Source: Dendrobates tinctorius (Eukaryota). From it: a stretch of DNA of 64,000 nucleotides. This document shows, in pieces, positions 1 to 11,299 of the stretch (within the stretch, counting starts at the first letter, position 1; every line of letters starts with the position of its first letter). The position numbers and the translations under genes were made by a program. The stretch is from contig NW_027361774.1 of the NCBI RefSeq assembly GCF_039654945.1, positions 620,001 through 684,000 of the forward strand, written 5' to 3'. The notes beneath the pieces were generated by a model. The model searched no databases, was not told the origin of the DNA, and saw only the letters and a list, made by a program, of their open reading frames with translations.

Positions 1-898
1 CTTCACCTGGTGTGTACGGGAGCGAGTTCTGTTGATTCACAGAACCGAGGTGCCGCACAATGTAGGTGCCGAAGCCTGTTAAACTCACAGGGCTTGGCCG
101 GATGAGCGCTAGTATACAGACACAGGACTCCGCCCCAAGGATACGGGGTTAGAGTCCCTCTAGTCCACTAGCGCTCAGTGCACAGTAGCGGAGCCAGCAA
201 GAGGCCAAATGAGAGATAACGCACCAGTGTGCACTGCACCAGTCTGGCGGATGCCACTAACCACCCAGAGTGGGGAGGAAAGCGATAGATTTGCGCACGG
301 TGCCGCATTGGCAGTTACTGCTACCTGACGCGGTAGGACAGTGCCTTAAGCAGAGCGGCAGTCAGAAACTAGCAAGTGCAGAGGACTGTGGCATATAGCC
401 TAGCCACTGACAGGTGCTGACTCTAACAACATACACAACCAAGGGTAGGGATTTCATAATGAGTCATTCGAAGTAACAAGCATCCGTCATCATACACACC
501 ATAAGCCACAAGAGTCTATACTAGCGCATGGCCGAGCGGCCATGCGACTCTTTTATAGCAGTGTCCTTTCGGGACCTTTACAGTAGTGGACTAATCCGAG
601 CAGGAACGGGACCTGCGCATGTGACCTCCTACCTCCAATGAGAGGTCATCCCACAGGCATGCTCAGTACCCAAAAGACAGGACTTAGTCCCAGAAGTGTC
701 TACTTTTGCTGCTGACTCAAGCATGGAGTTATAGCAGAGCCAGAATGAGCAACCAGACGCCTAGCATCAGCCTGGGCAAGACGCCTGGACCGACGCCTCT
801 GCTCAGCAGGAATCTCTGCGGCTGCAGAGGAATGGGAGACCGCAGAGGACATGGCTTGAGATTCCCCCTGTGCAGTGGGGGAAGCTCGGCACCTAACA
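1..898 (-). mobile_element. Probable LTR (LTR-retrotransposon) inserted in an intron of the minus-strand ZNF gene; runs off the window
   Basis: Minus strand starts TGTTAGG at 898, exactly where homology to the ZNF intron (AATAACAGAT) stops; TATA-like GCTATAAAAG at ~550-559 (minus); no recognisable coding domain. Confidence 0.5.
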
Positions 899-954
899 AT
901 CTGTTATTCCCATAGATAAGAATGAGGTAATGTGACGTCATCAGAATCTCTCAC

Positions 955-1032
955 CTCTCCAGTAAGCCAGAAGAGGATCTCTAGGGTGAAGTGTAATATC
1001 ATCTCTGCCATCTTGTCTCTGTCCATATCCAT
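955..1032 (-). CDS. First coding exon ([26 protein letters not shown]) of a minus-strand KRAB-type ZNF paralog; rest of the gene lies left of the window
   Basis: Reverse-complement homolog of 37436-37513 and 44617-44694; acceptor TTCAG|G at 1101, donor GAG|GTGAGA at 955. Confidence 0.8.
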
Positions 1033-1316
1033 CCTTGATGGGGAAATCAGGAAAATTCTCTTCTATAGATCTTCACTGAGAGGATCCAATATTGTAGAGA
1101 CCTGAATGAGAAGATGATCAGATGTAACATAAGGATCCACTTGCTGATGTGAAAAGCAAACATGGCATCTAAGAAGGTGTGACAGTTTGGCTTCAAGTAC
1201 TCGATAGTATGGGTCGGCCTAGTTACTACGATACTTACATGCCTAATAATGGTGTCTGGGCTGCAATGTATGAAGGTCTATTAGGCAGAGGCAGAGTCCA
1301 ATAAGTTACCTTATAA

Positions 1317-1623
1317 CGCCCCCATACACATTAGACTAATGTTACATGAAAGCACTTATTTCGGGGGGTTTGGCCGACCATATAATGTTTTGGGGGCCTC
1401 CCGACAGATGATGTCAGGGCAGAGAAGGATCCGGCATCCTGAATTTCAGAGGACAATCCGTTTGTTCTTCCTGTAGATAATCCTCCTCTAGAGGAGTCTG
1501 GAGGCGACTCTCTCATACAGACCACAGGAAAGCTGGAATATTTGTGTGTATGGGGGAGTCGGGAGAGATCGCCGTCTGCCAAATGACCATTCAGCCAACT
1601 CTGATCTCATGTGTATGGGGCCG
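1317..1623. mobile_element. Harbinger-like MITE (paralog at 36042-36349)
   Basis: TIR GCCCCCATACACAT...ATGTGTATGGGGC with TAA/TTA flanks. Confidence 0.65.
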
Positions 1624-2044
1624 TTAGTATTACACTGACCGGCAGTGATGATACACGGGAGTACAGGGCATCATGGAGCCATCAGAGGCTTGTATGTTGT
1701 GTGATCACACTGATCAGAGGGGTTAAAGTGGAAAAAAAAATAGAATTAGACTTACCGGTAATTCGATTTCTTGAAACCTTCCACGATAACATAGGAGGTC
1801 GTCTCCACACCCTAATGGGGGACAGGAAGCACGAGAGGTTAAAATGTCCTTCCCTCCTCCCTTTCACCAGTGACTTACAACTGATTACCATAGCACCGGT
1901 TACCTTTAAGATTCTCAGAATTTGTCCAAGAATACAGGGAGGGAAATAGTGGTGTCGTGGAAGGTTTCTAGAAACCGAATTACTGGTAAGTCTAATTCTA
2001 TTTTCTCTAGCAACCTTCCACGACAGCATAGGAGGCATAACAAC

Positions 2045-3070
2045 CTATACTGCACTGGGGGGGGAGACAACGGCCTGAAGAACTTTTCGGCCAAAGACTA
2101 GATCCCTGATGGATACGAGGTCTAATCTATAATGTCTAGTAAAGGTAAAGGTTGCTGCCCTACAAATCTGCTCTGAAGATGCGCCTGCCCTCTCAGCCCA
2201 TGACTTAGAGGTAGACCGTGTTGAATGCGCTTTGATTCCAGCAGGGGGAGTGATGTTTTGTGTCAGGTAAGCTTCAGAGATAGCCCTTCTAATCCAATTA
2301 GCAATGGTGTTCTTTGCCACCTTCTTCCCTCTGTTTGGGCCAGAGGTATGAATAAATAGGTTGTGGTCGACTCTATAGGGTTTGGTAAACTCCAGGTAGT
2401 GGAGAACTATACGTCTTACATCCAGCGTATGGAACACATCTTCCTTGGGGTTTGCTGGGTTCTGACAGAATGACGGAAGGATTATATTCTGTGACCTATG
2501 GAAGTTGGACACTACCTTCGGCAGAAAAGATGGGTCAAGAGAGAGAACTATGGAATCATCTCTAATAGTTAGGTAGGGTTCTCTAACTGAGAGCACCTGG
2601 AGCTCTCCTACTCATCTTGCTGAAGTTATTGCTACAAGGAAGGCGACTTTACAGGTGAGAAGCTGGGAAGTGCTGGATGACAAGGGCTCAAAGGGAGATT
2701 GAGTGAGTCCCGTAAGCACCACATTCAAGTCCCATGTTGGGACCGCTATTAACTTCTTTGGATGAAGTCTAGTGGCCGATGTCATGAATCTTCTTATCCA
2801 CCTGTGGTTGGCCAAGTCACAATCGAACATAGCACTTAATGCTGACACTTGAACTTTCAAAGTGGTAGGTTTTAGATCTAGTTCTAGCCCCCTCTGCAAG
2901 AAATCCAGGATACGAGAAATGTTAGGTTTCTCTGGATCAGGCAGGTCTGGTAGACACCATGAGGAGAATCTCTTCCATATCTTATAATATATGGCGATAG
3001 TGACCGGTTTTCGGGATTTCTGTAGGGTCTTTATTACCGCCACTGATAAGCCCCTAGCCCTCAGGATCTG
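2045..3070 (-). pseudogene. DIRS tyrosine recombinase (disrupted)
   Basis: SAM-like region then LVAITSAR*VGEL (in-frame stop at 2612-2614), AHSTR and RHY motifs; short deletion after AAT. Confidence 0.9.
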
Positions 3071-3558
3071 GGCTTCAGTAGCCAGGCCGCCAACCTCATT
3101 CCTCGTAGGTTTGGGTGATGTAGGGGGCCCTGCGAGAGAAGGCAGTCTTCCATGGGTAGGATGAATGGTCCATCTACCACCAGTTCCGTGATCAGAGAGT
3201 ACCAGCTCCTCTTTGGCCATAATGGAGCTACTAGGATGGTTGGGGTATGATTGTCCCGAATCTTCTTCAGGGTTGCGGCAAGGATTGGGACTGGCGGAAA
3301 GGCGTAAGCTAGATGGAACCTCCACCTGTGGGCGAAGGTATCCACTCCCAGGGACCTGTCTCTGGGGTTCAGTGAAAAGTATTTCTCCACTTGAGCATTT
3401 TCTCCTGAGGCTAATAGGTCCACTTCCGGTAGGACCCACCTGTCGACCAGTTTCTGGAAGATTATTTTGCTTAGGGTCCATTCGGCCGGCTGGATGCTTT
3501 TCCTGCTTAGGAAATCTGCCTGAAGATTGGCCGTACCCTTCAGGTGAATTGCCATCAA
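3061..3558 (-). pseudogene. DIRS RNase H C-terminus plus N6-adenine methyltransferase-like domain
   Basis: HLKG..N..ADFLSR, DLLAS..N, AYAFPP and P.WPKRSW motifs typical of the DIRS1 ORF2 C-terminus. Confidence 0.8.
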
Positions 3559-3629
3559 AGAGCGGAGGTGCTTTTCGGCCCAGGAAAATATTCGGTTTGA
3601 GAGGCCATCCAGGCTGCTGGATCTCGTAC

Positions 3630-4160
3630 CCCCCCTGGTGCCTGAGATGGGCCACCGTTGTTATATTGTCTGAGTAGACTCTGATGTGCTGGCCCCGGAC
3701 CAGGTGTCTGCCAGTAGAGCTTCTTCCACTGCCTTCAACTCTCTGAAGTTTGAGGATTTTGCGCTCACTTTCTGGCTCCATAACCCCTGGAATGGGTGAC
3801 GAGACACTACCGCTCCCCAGCCTTTTTTGCTGGCGTCTGTTGTTACCGTGACTAAAGGGGTCTGAGACCAGTTGATTCCCCTGCACAGGTTCTTGTGGTC
3901 CATCCACCATGCCAGCAAGGCTCTCACTACCCCTGGGGTCTGGACCTTTTTGTTCAGACAGGTGTGATCCCGATTCCAGTTTCTTAGGATATGGGACTGG
4001 AGCGTTCTGAAGTGGGCCTGTGCCCAAGGTACTGATTGGATACAGGAGGTCATAGACCCTAGTATGGACATAGCTGACCTGAGGGTCGGGGGATCTCTGG
4101 TCCCTGAACTCTGAGATCCTTGATATTATGGATCTCTGGTGCTCCTCCGGGAGGAAGGAG
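3630..4160 (-). pseudogene. DIRS RT C-terminus/RNase H, frameshifted
   Basis: FLPEEH..., VPWAQAH, TTDASKKGWG, NFRELKAV and SDNITTV motifs split across frames. Confidence 0.85.
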
Positions 4161-4483
4161 GTCTGAACCTGACGGGTGACCAAGCTGCGGATCTCGTCAA
4201 TTAGTGACGGGTGCTCGGCCCTGACCACTTTATCTGTGCATGCCTGACATAACTTTTTCTCCCAATAAGAGGGAAGTTTCGTGCTGCATATGACACATTT
4301 GGCCGTTTTGCTGGATGTATTGGTGCTTTTATGGGCAGACTTTTCTCCCTATAAAAAAGAGGGGGAGAAGTATTTTAAGGACCTCTATCCCGGATCGCAC
4401 CACTAGGACCCACCCCAGGTAACACTCACTGTGGCTGGGGCAGCGCTGGGCTCTGCAGATGCAGGGCAGGAAGAACTGTCCAT
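4160..4483 (-). pseudogene. DIRS gag N-terminus with CxxC..CxxC motif, apparently split by an 81-nt intron (4349-4429)
   Basis: ATG at 4483; MDSSSCPASAEPSAAPAT|GEKSAHK...KCVIC...LCQAC; GTGAGT donor and polypyrimidine-TAG acceptor. Confidence 0.65.
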
Positions 4484-5499
4484 GACAGCAGGGGATGTCT
4501 TACCTGTCGGTGTCTTCCGGCGGGTTAATGAAGGGTTAACTCCGCCCTCAGCGCATTAGCTTGTTTCCCCCTCCTCCTCCCTGGGTCCTGGAGCAGGCAC
4601 AGCAGATGCTGGCGAGCTCCGCGCGCTGGCAGCAGCATGGGTGCCGCCATGACAGCGTGCCCTCCACATACCCCAAAAGTGACCCGCGTGTACAGCACGC
4701 AGGGGAGGAGGAGACGCCGGAGAGCACTGGCCCGCTTTACTCCCCAAAGGGGAGAACGGGAGGGCCAGGAACGGTCCCGAATGCAGGTGCAGAACGGAGG
4801 AGGGGAGGCTGCGCCACCGACCACCACTGCCCGGCTCTTTCACACAGCACACCAGACCTCTCCATGCCCCATGGGGGACAGGAAAGACACTGGTGAGAGG
4901 GAGGAGGGAGGTACCTTTTAACCTCTCGTGCTTCCTGTCCCCCATTAGGGCGTGGAGACGACCTCCTATGCTGTCGTGGAATGTTGCTAGAGAAAATCAC
5001 AGTTTTAGTAACAAGAAATATCTGTCACTATATGGAAATCAGAGTCACTGCACAATGTTAGTTACGTCACGTCCATAACTGCTTTATTATACTCTATTAT
5101 CCTTTATACAGTGGAGTAGATAGAAATCACAGATTCCACAGCAATAGCTGGAATTGGACCCTCCAACATAAAGAAAAAAAAAATCTCCATATCTCTCTCT
5201 ATAATATATATATATAGCAGAATCATATCTCCTGACTCTGCAGTTAGCCAGTGAGTATATATTGGTGGCGCAGATTTTATTCTTCCCATTGAGCTGGCTC
5301 TTCAGGACCTTTGATGGTGTTTGGATGTTGCCGCTTTCCTTGCCTCCTCATCATGGTTACCGTATCCCTGTGGGATGCGTAAGTCTTTGTAGCATGTCTG
5401 TACATCTGCTACCTGCCCTGCTGATAATTCCACTCCATCAGTCTTAACTACCTTGCCTCTCTTTATTACCAACTGACCGCACTTATTCAGTCCGAAGGA

Positions 5500-5901
5500 C
5501 GCTCCGATGTCCCGATATCTTCACTGTAGATCCTTGTCAGGTGGATAAGTGAATTGTTGTCTTGATCGTTTTTCGCATACAGCTTGAGGTCATCCATGTA
5601 GAGGAGGTGGCTGATGGTGCTTCCACTCTTGAACTTGTATCCATAGACAGACTCTGCAATTATCTGACTGAGGGGCTTCAAGCCTATGCAGAACAGCAAT
5701 GGGGACAGTGCATGACCTTGGTATATGCCGCATTGGATGGTCACTTGTGCTAGTTGTCTTGAGTTGACTTATAATGTTATTCTCCATAGCCTCATTGAGT
5801 TTCTGAGGAAGGTTCTTAATTTCTTGTCGACATTGTAGAGAGCCAAGCATTCAGAGATCCATGTGTGTAGAATTGAGTCATAGGCTTTCCTGTAGTCAAT
5901 C
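5500..5901 (-). mobile_element. R4/Rex6-like non-LTR retrotransposon RT fragment
   Basis: DYRKAYDS, GIYQGHALSPLLF and ISHLLYMDDLKLY motifs; cut at 5901 by the ERV LTR. Confidence 0.8.
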
Positions 5902-6390
5902 TGTGAAGGGTTAATACTAAAATCAGAGCTGAAGTTTCACTTCTCCATTTTTCCTGAAGGTTTCATTTCTCCATTTTTGTTGCTGTAAGATAAATTTTGT
6001 AATTAGGTAAAAGGTCAAACTGTCATGAAACCAGACTGTTCCCATCAGGTGCAAGATTAGGGAGTTGGGGGTGTATTACTCTGAAGAATATGCCATTATA
6101 TTACTTTCTATGCTATTTGGATACAGACATATATGTAGTTTCCGGTTTTCTGCAATATTATTGGCTTATAAAGTGAAATGATGCTATTGGTACTTGAGAA
6201 CCTTGCATAATTAAGCAAAAGATTATAAAAGAAGTGACTAAAATAAAGGGGACTAGTGATCTGTCTCGATCCTCCCATACAGAGACCCCCGTCTCCGTGT
6301 GGTCATTTGAGTTGCTAGCAACACTCTGTGGATTAATTTGGACATCACTGGCTCAACCGTAAAGGGTTAATTTAGCCCTACCTCGACAGC

Positions 6391-6423
6391 TGGCGGCCCA
6401 ACGTGGGGCCCCCGAACAGGGAC
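6391..6423 (+). promoter_or_regulatory. Primer-binding site: tRNA-Lys1,2 type followed by a partial tRNA-Lys3 type
   Basis: TGGC(G)GCCCAACGTGGGGC, then CCCGAACAGGGAC, starting 2 nt after the LTR-terminal CA. Confidence 0.8.
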
Positions 6424-7248
6424 GCCTCTGCCCATGGAGGACAAGACAAAGGACCCTCGGAGCGGACACAGGTGCTGGAAAATTGGGACTGATCATCCCC
6501 CACAACAACCACGGTAATTTGGCAGTTAACTGTTCAGACTGACCGTTGGTGTGGTTTTCCTGTGCTTGTTGCTGCAAAGAGGATCTGAGGTTTGTCTCCG
6601 TGGTGGGGTGATTCATGGCTGGAATCATATAGAGGTGCAGTCCTGTTGGGGGCCCAGTGCTCAAACCGTACCTCATAAGGAACGGACACCCCGGATTGAC
6701 CAGTGATTGTGACTCTCTTTATAGTCAAAATATCCTGAATTCCTGATCATTGTTAGTAATCGGGCGTGGTGACGTGATCGAAGACTGGGTAGGATACATA
6801 ACTCAGGTATATATAGATAGATATATATATATAACCAGAGGTGTCCGGAGGGATAGTCTGAGACGCCCTCCTCCTTTCACTGAGTACCGCGAATTTTGGG
6901 TATCCCAGAGGGTGATTATTGACCCGGTGGAACAGACTGATACGGCCGCTCCAGATCTGTGCACAACTAAGGTAAGGATATTTAGCGCTAAATGAGAGAA
7001 TCCGTGGAAGGAAAAGAATTTTGTGGCTTGGCACATGAATTGTGTGACGAAGGTGTTAGGAAGAACAGAGGAAGTGAATTCTGATTGTTTCTGTTACTGC
7101 TATGTTGAAGAAGGAAAAATTGTCTATTATGGCAAGGACTGGATGTATTGTGGTTCAAGAAAGTGACTGGTGTGAGAAAGTGATTGGTTTAGAAGGAACT
7201 GAGATTGATACTAATGTGTAAGGCAGACAAATAGTTAAAAGTGATGAT

Positions 7249-8150
7249 TTGAAAGAAGAGGTCTCCCTGCTAGATAATAATTGTACAAGGAGACCAGGAG
7301 ACGCTGACGGTACCTACTATCATCCGCCGCTAGCCTCAGTCCCCGCTATGTCTAATATTGCTAGTGGTTATGAGTATACTCCCTTCACCCCATCCCAAAT
7401 AGACACCCTTTGCAATCAATTACCCAATCCAGAGTCTTCCCCCATGGCTTTCTACAGGCAAATGGCAGCAAATTGAGAGATTTATTCCACTTCCCGAAGA
7501 GATCTATTACACATACTTCGAGTAAAAGTTGGGGAGGGGTATTTTCCAATTATTGAGGGTGGCATAATGTATAATGTCAATCTGAATGGGGGAACCTATG
7601 AGAGTGGTGTTGATTTCTGCAATGCTTTAAAGGTTTGGGCACAAGATAAATTAGCGGACCAAGCTATCTCTCTCACAGATATCACAAAGGCCGAAGGGGA
7701 GACTGCCGAGAAGTTCTATGGGCGTCCTATGGCAGTATTTAGAGATCTGGGATTCTCCCTGTATATTGAAGCCCATACACATCTTTTTGTGGCACTTTGA
7801 TGTCCGGCCTCAGACCCGAATTGCAAGAGGCAATAATTTCAGTTAGACCTGACGTTGAGAATTCCACTCCGGACAATGTATTGAAAGTAATAAAAAGTTT
7901 TCAGAAGACTTTAACCCGCTCTGTTCAGCATAGAGAAAAAGAAAAAGAAAAAAAAACAAAACAAAACTAGCAACCTCCAGCCCCCACTGCAGCTGCGAGC
8001 ACAAAGTGTGCCCTTCAGCCCACACAGCAAACTCTCGCCCCCCTCAGACTTCAGCTACTGAGAACCTTACTCCTCAGCCCCTCCCTGCTAATTCTCGTCA
8101 GCAATTCTGGCGCTGTGCCCGATTCGGACACTTTTATGGAGATTGTCATA
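7249..8150 (+). pseudogene. ERV gag remnant
   Basis: Broken ORFs ending in a degenerate CCHC knuckle (FWRCARFGHFYGDC). Confidence 0.65.
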
Positions 8151-8379
8151 CAGGCCTCTGTTTTAATCGGAGTAGATGGCAGACCCAATTAATATACTGT
8201 AATAAACCCCATAAAACCCTTCCCCGAGGTTACTATTCAGTTTGTAATCTCTCCCACATGTCCAGTAAATTTACTAGGGGCAGATTTATTATCACAGTTC
8301 TGCTCCGAAATACAATTCCAAGATGATGGTCAGATGGTTCTTAGGTTATATAATCCCTATGTAGATGAAGACAGTGAGG

Positions 8380-10305
8380 AAATCTGTATTTTGCATGCCT
8401 TTCCCACAGTTATGCCACAAGGGGCCCAAAACAGTCCCAACCAGTATGCAAAAAAAATATGAGCAGGTGTCTTTTGCCATTTCTGGCATTGTTAGCCTCC
8501 TTAAGTATCTGGCAGCACTGAACTGTCGGGTTTCGGCCTCGAGACTTCAGTTCTGCCTTGGTCAAGTGATATTCTTGGGTCACTTTCTCCTTCAGGGTGT
8601 CTGACACCTCACAGAAGAAAGAAAAATAGCTGTCAGCAACCTTCCTTTCCCAAAAGATGAAGCTGAACTCCAGCGTTTTCTTGGACTATGCACTTATTGT
8701 TGTCAGTGGATACCGGATGCATCCCGCATAATGCATCCTCTTTACAATGCCTTGAAAGACGGTATAATGAACTATAAGGAAAGATGGCAGTGATGAGGAT
8801 TACCTCCAACATGATTGTTCCCAATTTCTGATAGAAGAAACAGCTACTCCACCAAATGTCAGTGAGAATCCACTCCCAGATCCTGATCTGGTGTTATACA
8901 CGGATGTTTCAAGATATGCTGACGAGTTTGGTAGATTCCACACAGGATACGCTGTTACCACAGAGGACACTGTAGTGCACGCAGCTGCGCTCCCGCCCTC
9001 ACAGTCAGCACAAGAAGCAGAACTCCAGGCTCTGTCTACTGCATGTACTTTGGCCAAGAACAGACGGGCTAATATATACACGGACTCACGGTATGCATTT
9101 GGTATTGCTCACGATTTTGGGGCTCTATGGACCAATCGAGGGTTTATTACTACTGCCGGAACCCCAGTGAAAAATGCTGAAGCTGTTAAAACCCTCATGG
9201 ACTCGATCAAATTACCTACTCAGGTGGCTATTATCAAAGTTAAGGCGCACGGTCCTAGGACCAGTCCACAGACTGTTGGCAACACATTTGCGGATATGCA
9301 AGCAAAAGCCGCCGCTCTTTTACCCGTTGAACTAACCATACCAACTGTGGTGACCACACGCTCTCAGTGTAAACAGTTACAAGAAGCATTAACCCTACAA
9401 GAACCTGATGATCTACAACAGACTGAAGTTTTCTGTTGGACCCTGTTTAATGACGATGCAGAGAATGTCTCCAAAGGAAGAGGTGAAGCAATGGAAGACT
9501 GATGGGGCACGAATGAATAATGGTCTCTGGAAAAAGGACCAACTTGTGTGTCTCCCTAAGCGGATGTACCCTGCTATTGCCACATGGGCACATGGACCTA
9601 CACATCGAGGAAAGAATCAGGCCCTCGCACTGGTGCAAAAATTCTACTGGGCCCCGGTTCTCCAGTTGGCTGGAAGCATTCCCTGTTACCAACATGACTG
9701 CAAAAACCACAGCGAAGAAATTGGTGATGGAAGTCATATGCAGATATGGGGTTCCAGAAGTTGTTGAAAGTGATCAAGGCCCGGCCTTTTCTTCTCATGT
9801 GTACCAAGAAGTTCTGACAATGCTTGGATCCACTGTAGCCCTCCATACTCCGTACCACCCACAATCCAGTGGTGAAGTTGAGAGGCTGAACGGCACACTG
9901 AAGGGACAATTGACCAAAATGATGCAGGAGACTACGGCTCCATGGTCAGAGCTCCTACCCATTGTACTATACCATATCCGTACTCCCCTATTACAAAATA
10001 TTGCTTTTCCCCATATGAGATATTGTTTGGTACTAGGCCCCCAGTTGCAAATTTCCAGCCCCAGCAGTTATCAGAAGAAACTGACCATGCTGTTCAATGT
10101 TATTCTGCTTAGTAAAAATCTTGCTAACACCTATGCTCTAGTTTCCTCTTCTTTACCAGATTCAGTAGAAACCGACACCTGTCATAACCTGAAGCCTGGT
10201 GATTTGGTAGTCGTGAAAAGGCATGTCAGGAAGCATGGACTAGAACCCTTGTATGACGGTCCCTATCAAGTCCACCTCATCACCCAACAAGCCAATAGCA
10301 AATAA
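8380..10305 (+). pseudogene. ERV pol remnants: RT fragments, RNase H (8891-9320), integrase (~9570-10290)
   Basis: YTDVS..GYAV, AQEAEL, NIYTDSRYAFG, GN.FAD; SDQGPAF, HTPYHPQSSGEVERLN, GPY-type C-terminus. Confidence 0.9.
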
Positions 10306-10317
10306 AGGGGGGGCATA

Positions 10318-10740
10318 ATGTTTTAGTTTTCGCATTTTTCATATTATTATTGGTAGAAGTTAAAGTTACAAGATATACAATGACTCAGAGATCAATACGA
10401 TAAAGATAATGATCGTAATAAGGACAGTTGGTGGTCAGACACCTTCTCCTTTCTCAATCCAGCCAATTGATTTAAGGGAATTGGGGGCTGGATAGCTGGG
10501 ATTTTACAAAGCTTGTTACATATTGCTGCCTGTATCCTTGTTGTATATGTGATACTAAAAATTGTTCTTTGGTGTGTTTCTGTATGTATTAGGAAATTCT
10601 ACACTAAGCCAGCTAATGATGATACCAAAGGCGTCGTTGCCCCTGCTCTTCTCTGCACCGATTTCAAAAGGCTACTTGATGAAGACGTCGAAGCCAAGCA
10701 CATGGCTACCTACAAAAGATCTCCACCACAGTTATCAAAA
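10318..10740 (+). pseudogene. ERV env remnant (signal-peptide-like start joined almost directly to the TM anchor)
   Basis: MFLVFAFFILL... followed within ~120 bp by WWSDTFSFLNP..GGWIAGILQSLLHIAACILVVYVILKIVLWC. Confidence 0.6.
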
Positions 10741-11299
10741 ATTGTTATTCGTGAACTGCAGTACACAGGGGGGACGGGTGCACCGCGACAGCCATGACTG
10801 GTAACACAGCATCAGTCATGTGAAGACCAGTACCCCTCAAGCTGTTAGCTTGGGATAACAGATATGCATCATCAGAGGTGCTAACAAAATTTATCTAGGG
10901 GTGAATGTGAAGGGTTAATACTAAAATCAGAGCTGAAGTTTCACTTCTCCATTTTTCCTGAAGGCTTCGTTTCTCCGTTTTTGTTGCTGTAAGATAAATT
11001 TTGTAATTAGGTAAAAGTTCAAACTGTCATGAAACCAGACTGTTCCCATCAGGTGCAAGATAAGGGAGGTGGGGGTGTATTACTCTGAAGAATATGCCAT
11101 TATATTACTTTCTATGCTATTTGGATACGGACATATATGTAGTTTCCGGTTTTCTTGCAATATTATTGGCTTATAAAGTGAAATGATGCTATTGGTACTT
11201 GAGAACCTTGCATAATTAAGCAAAAGATTATAAAAGTGAATAAAATAAAGTAAATGCTCCTGTACAGAGACCCCCATCTCCGTGTGGTCATTTGAGTTG

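Larger units (their letters stand above)
1737..4996 (-). mobile_element. DIRS1-type tyrosine-recombinase retrotransposon, internally deleted (most of gag and RT missing)
   Basis: Inverted terminal repeats ~1770-1873 / ~4886-4996; internal complementary region (ICR) 1953-2035; YR, RNase H and methyltransferase-like ORF pieces; no TSD, A/T-tract ends. Confidence 0.95.
899..5200 (-). repeat. Inverted segmental paralog of ~35710-37570 (head-to-head ZNF loci)
   Basis: 1150-1730 matches the reverse complement of ~35930-36540 and 4997-5170 matches ~35735-35905; ORFs 1331..1582 and 36083..36355 are near-identical; the left copy lacks ~36540-37320 and has gained the DIRS. Confidence 0.9.
5902..11299 (+). 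mobile_element. Class I (epsilon/gamma-like) endogenous retrovirus with multiple deletions
   Basis: LTRs 5902-6388 (TG...CA) and 10906-11299 (3' end truncated); tRNA-Lys PBS at 6391; purine tract ~10897-10905; gag, RT, RNase H, integrase and env remnants in order. Confidence 0.93.

Noticed and set aside
3061-3558. Phage integrase plus methylase as bacterial contamination or horizontal transfer
   Set aside because: Both are normal DIRS1 components, enclosed by ITR/ICR and inserted into host paralogous sequence.
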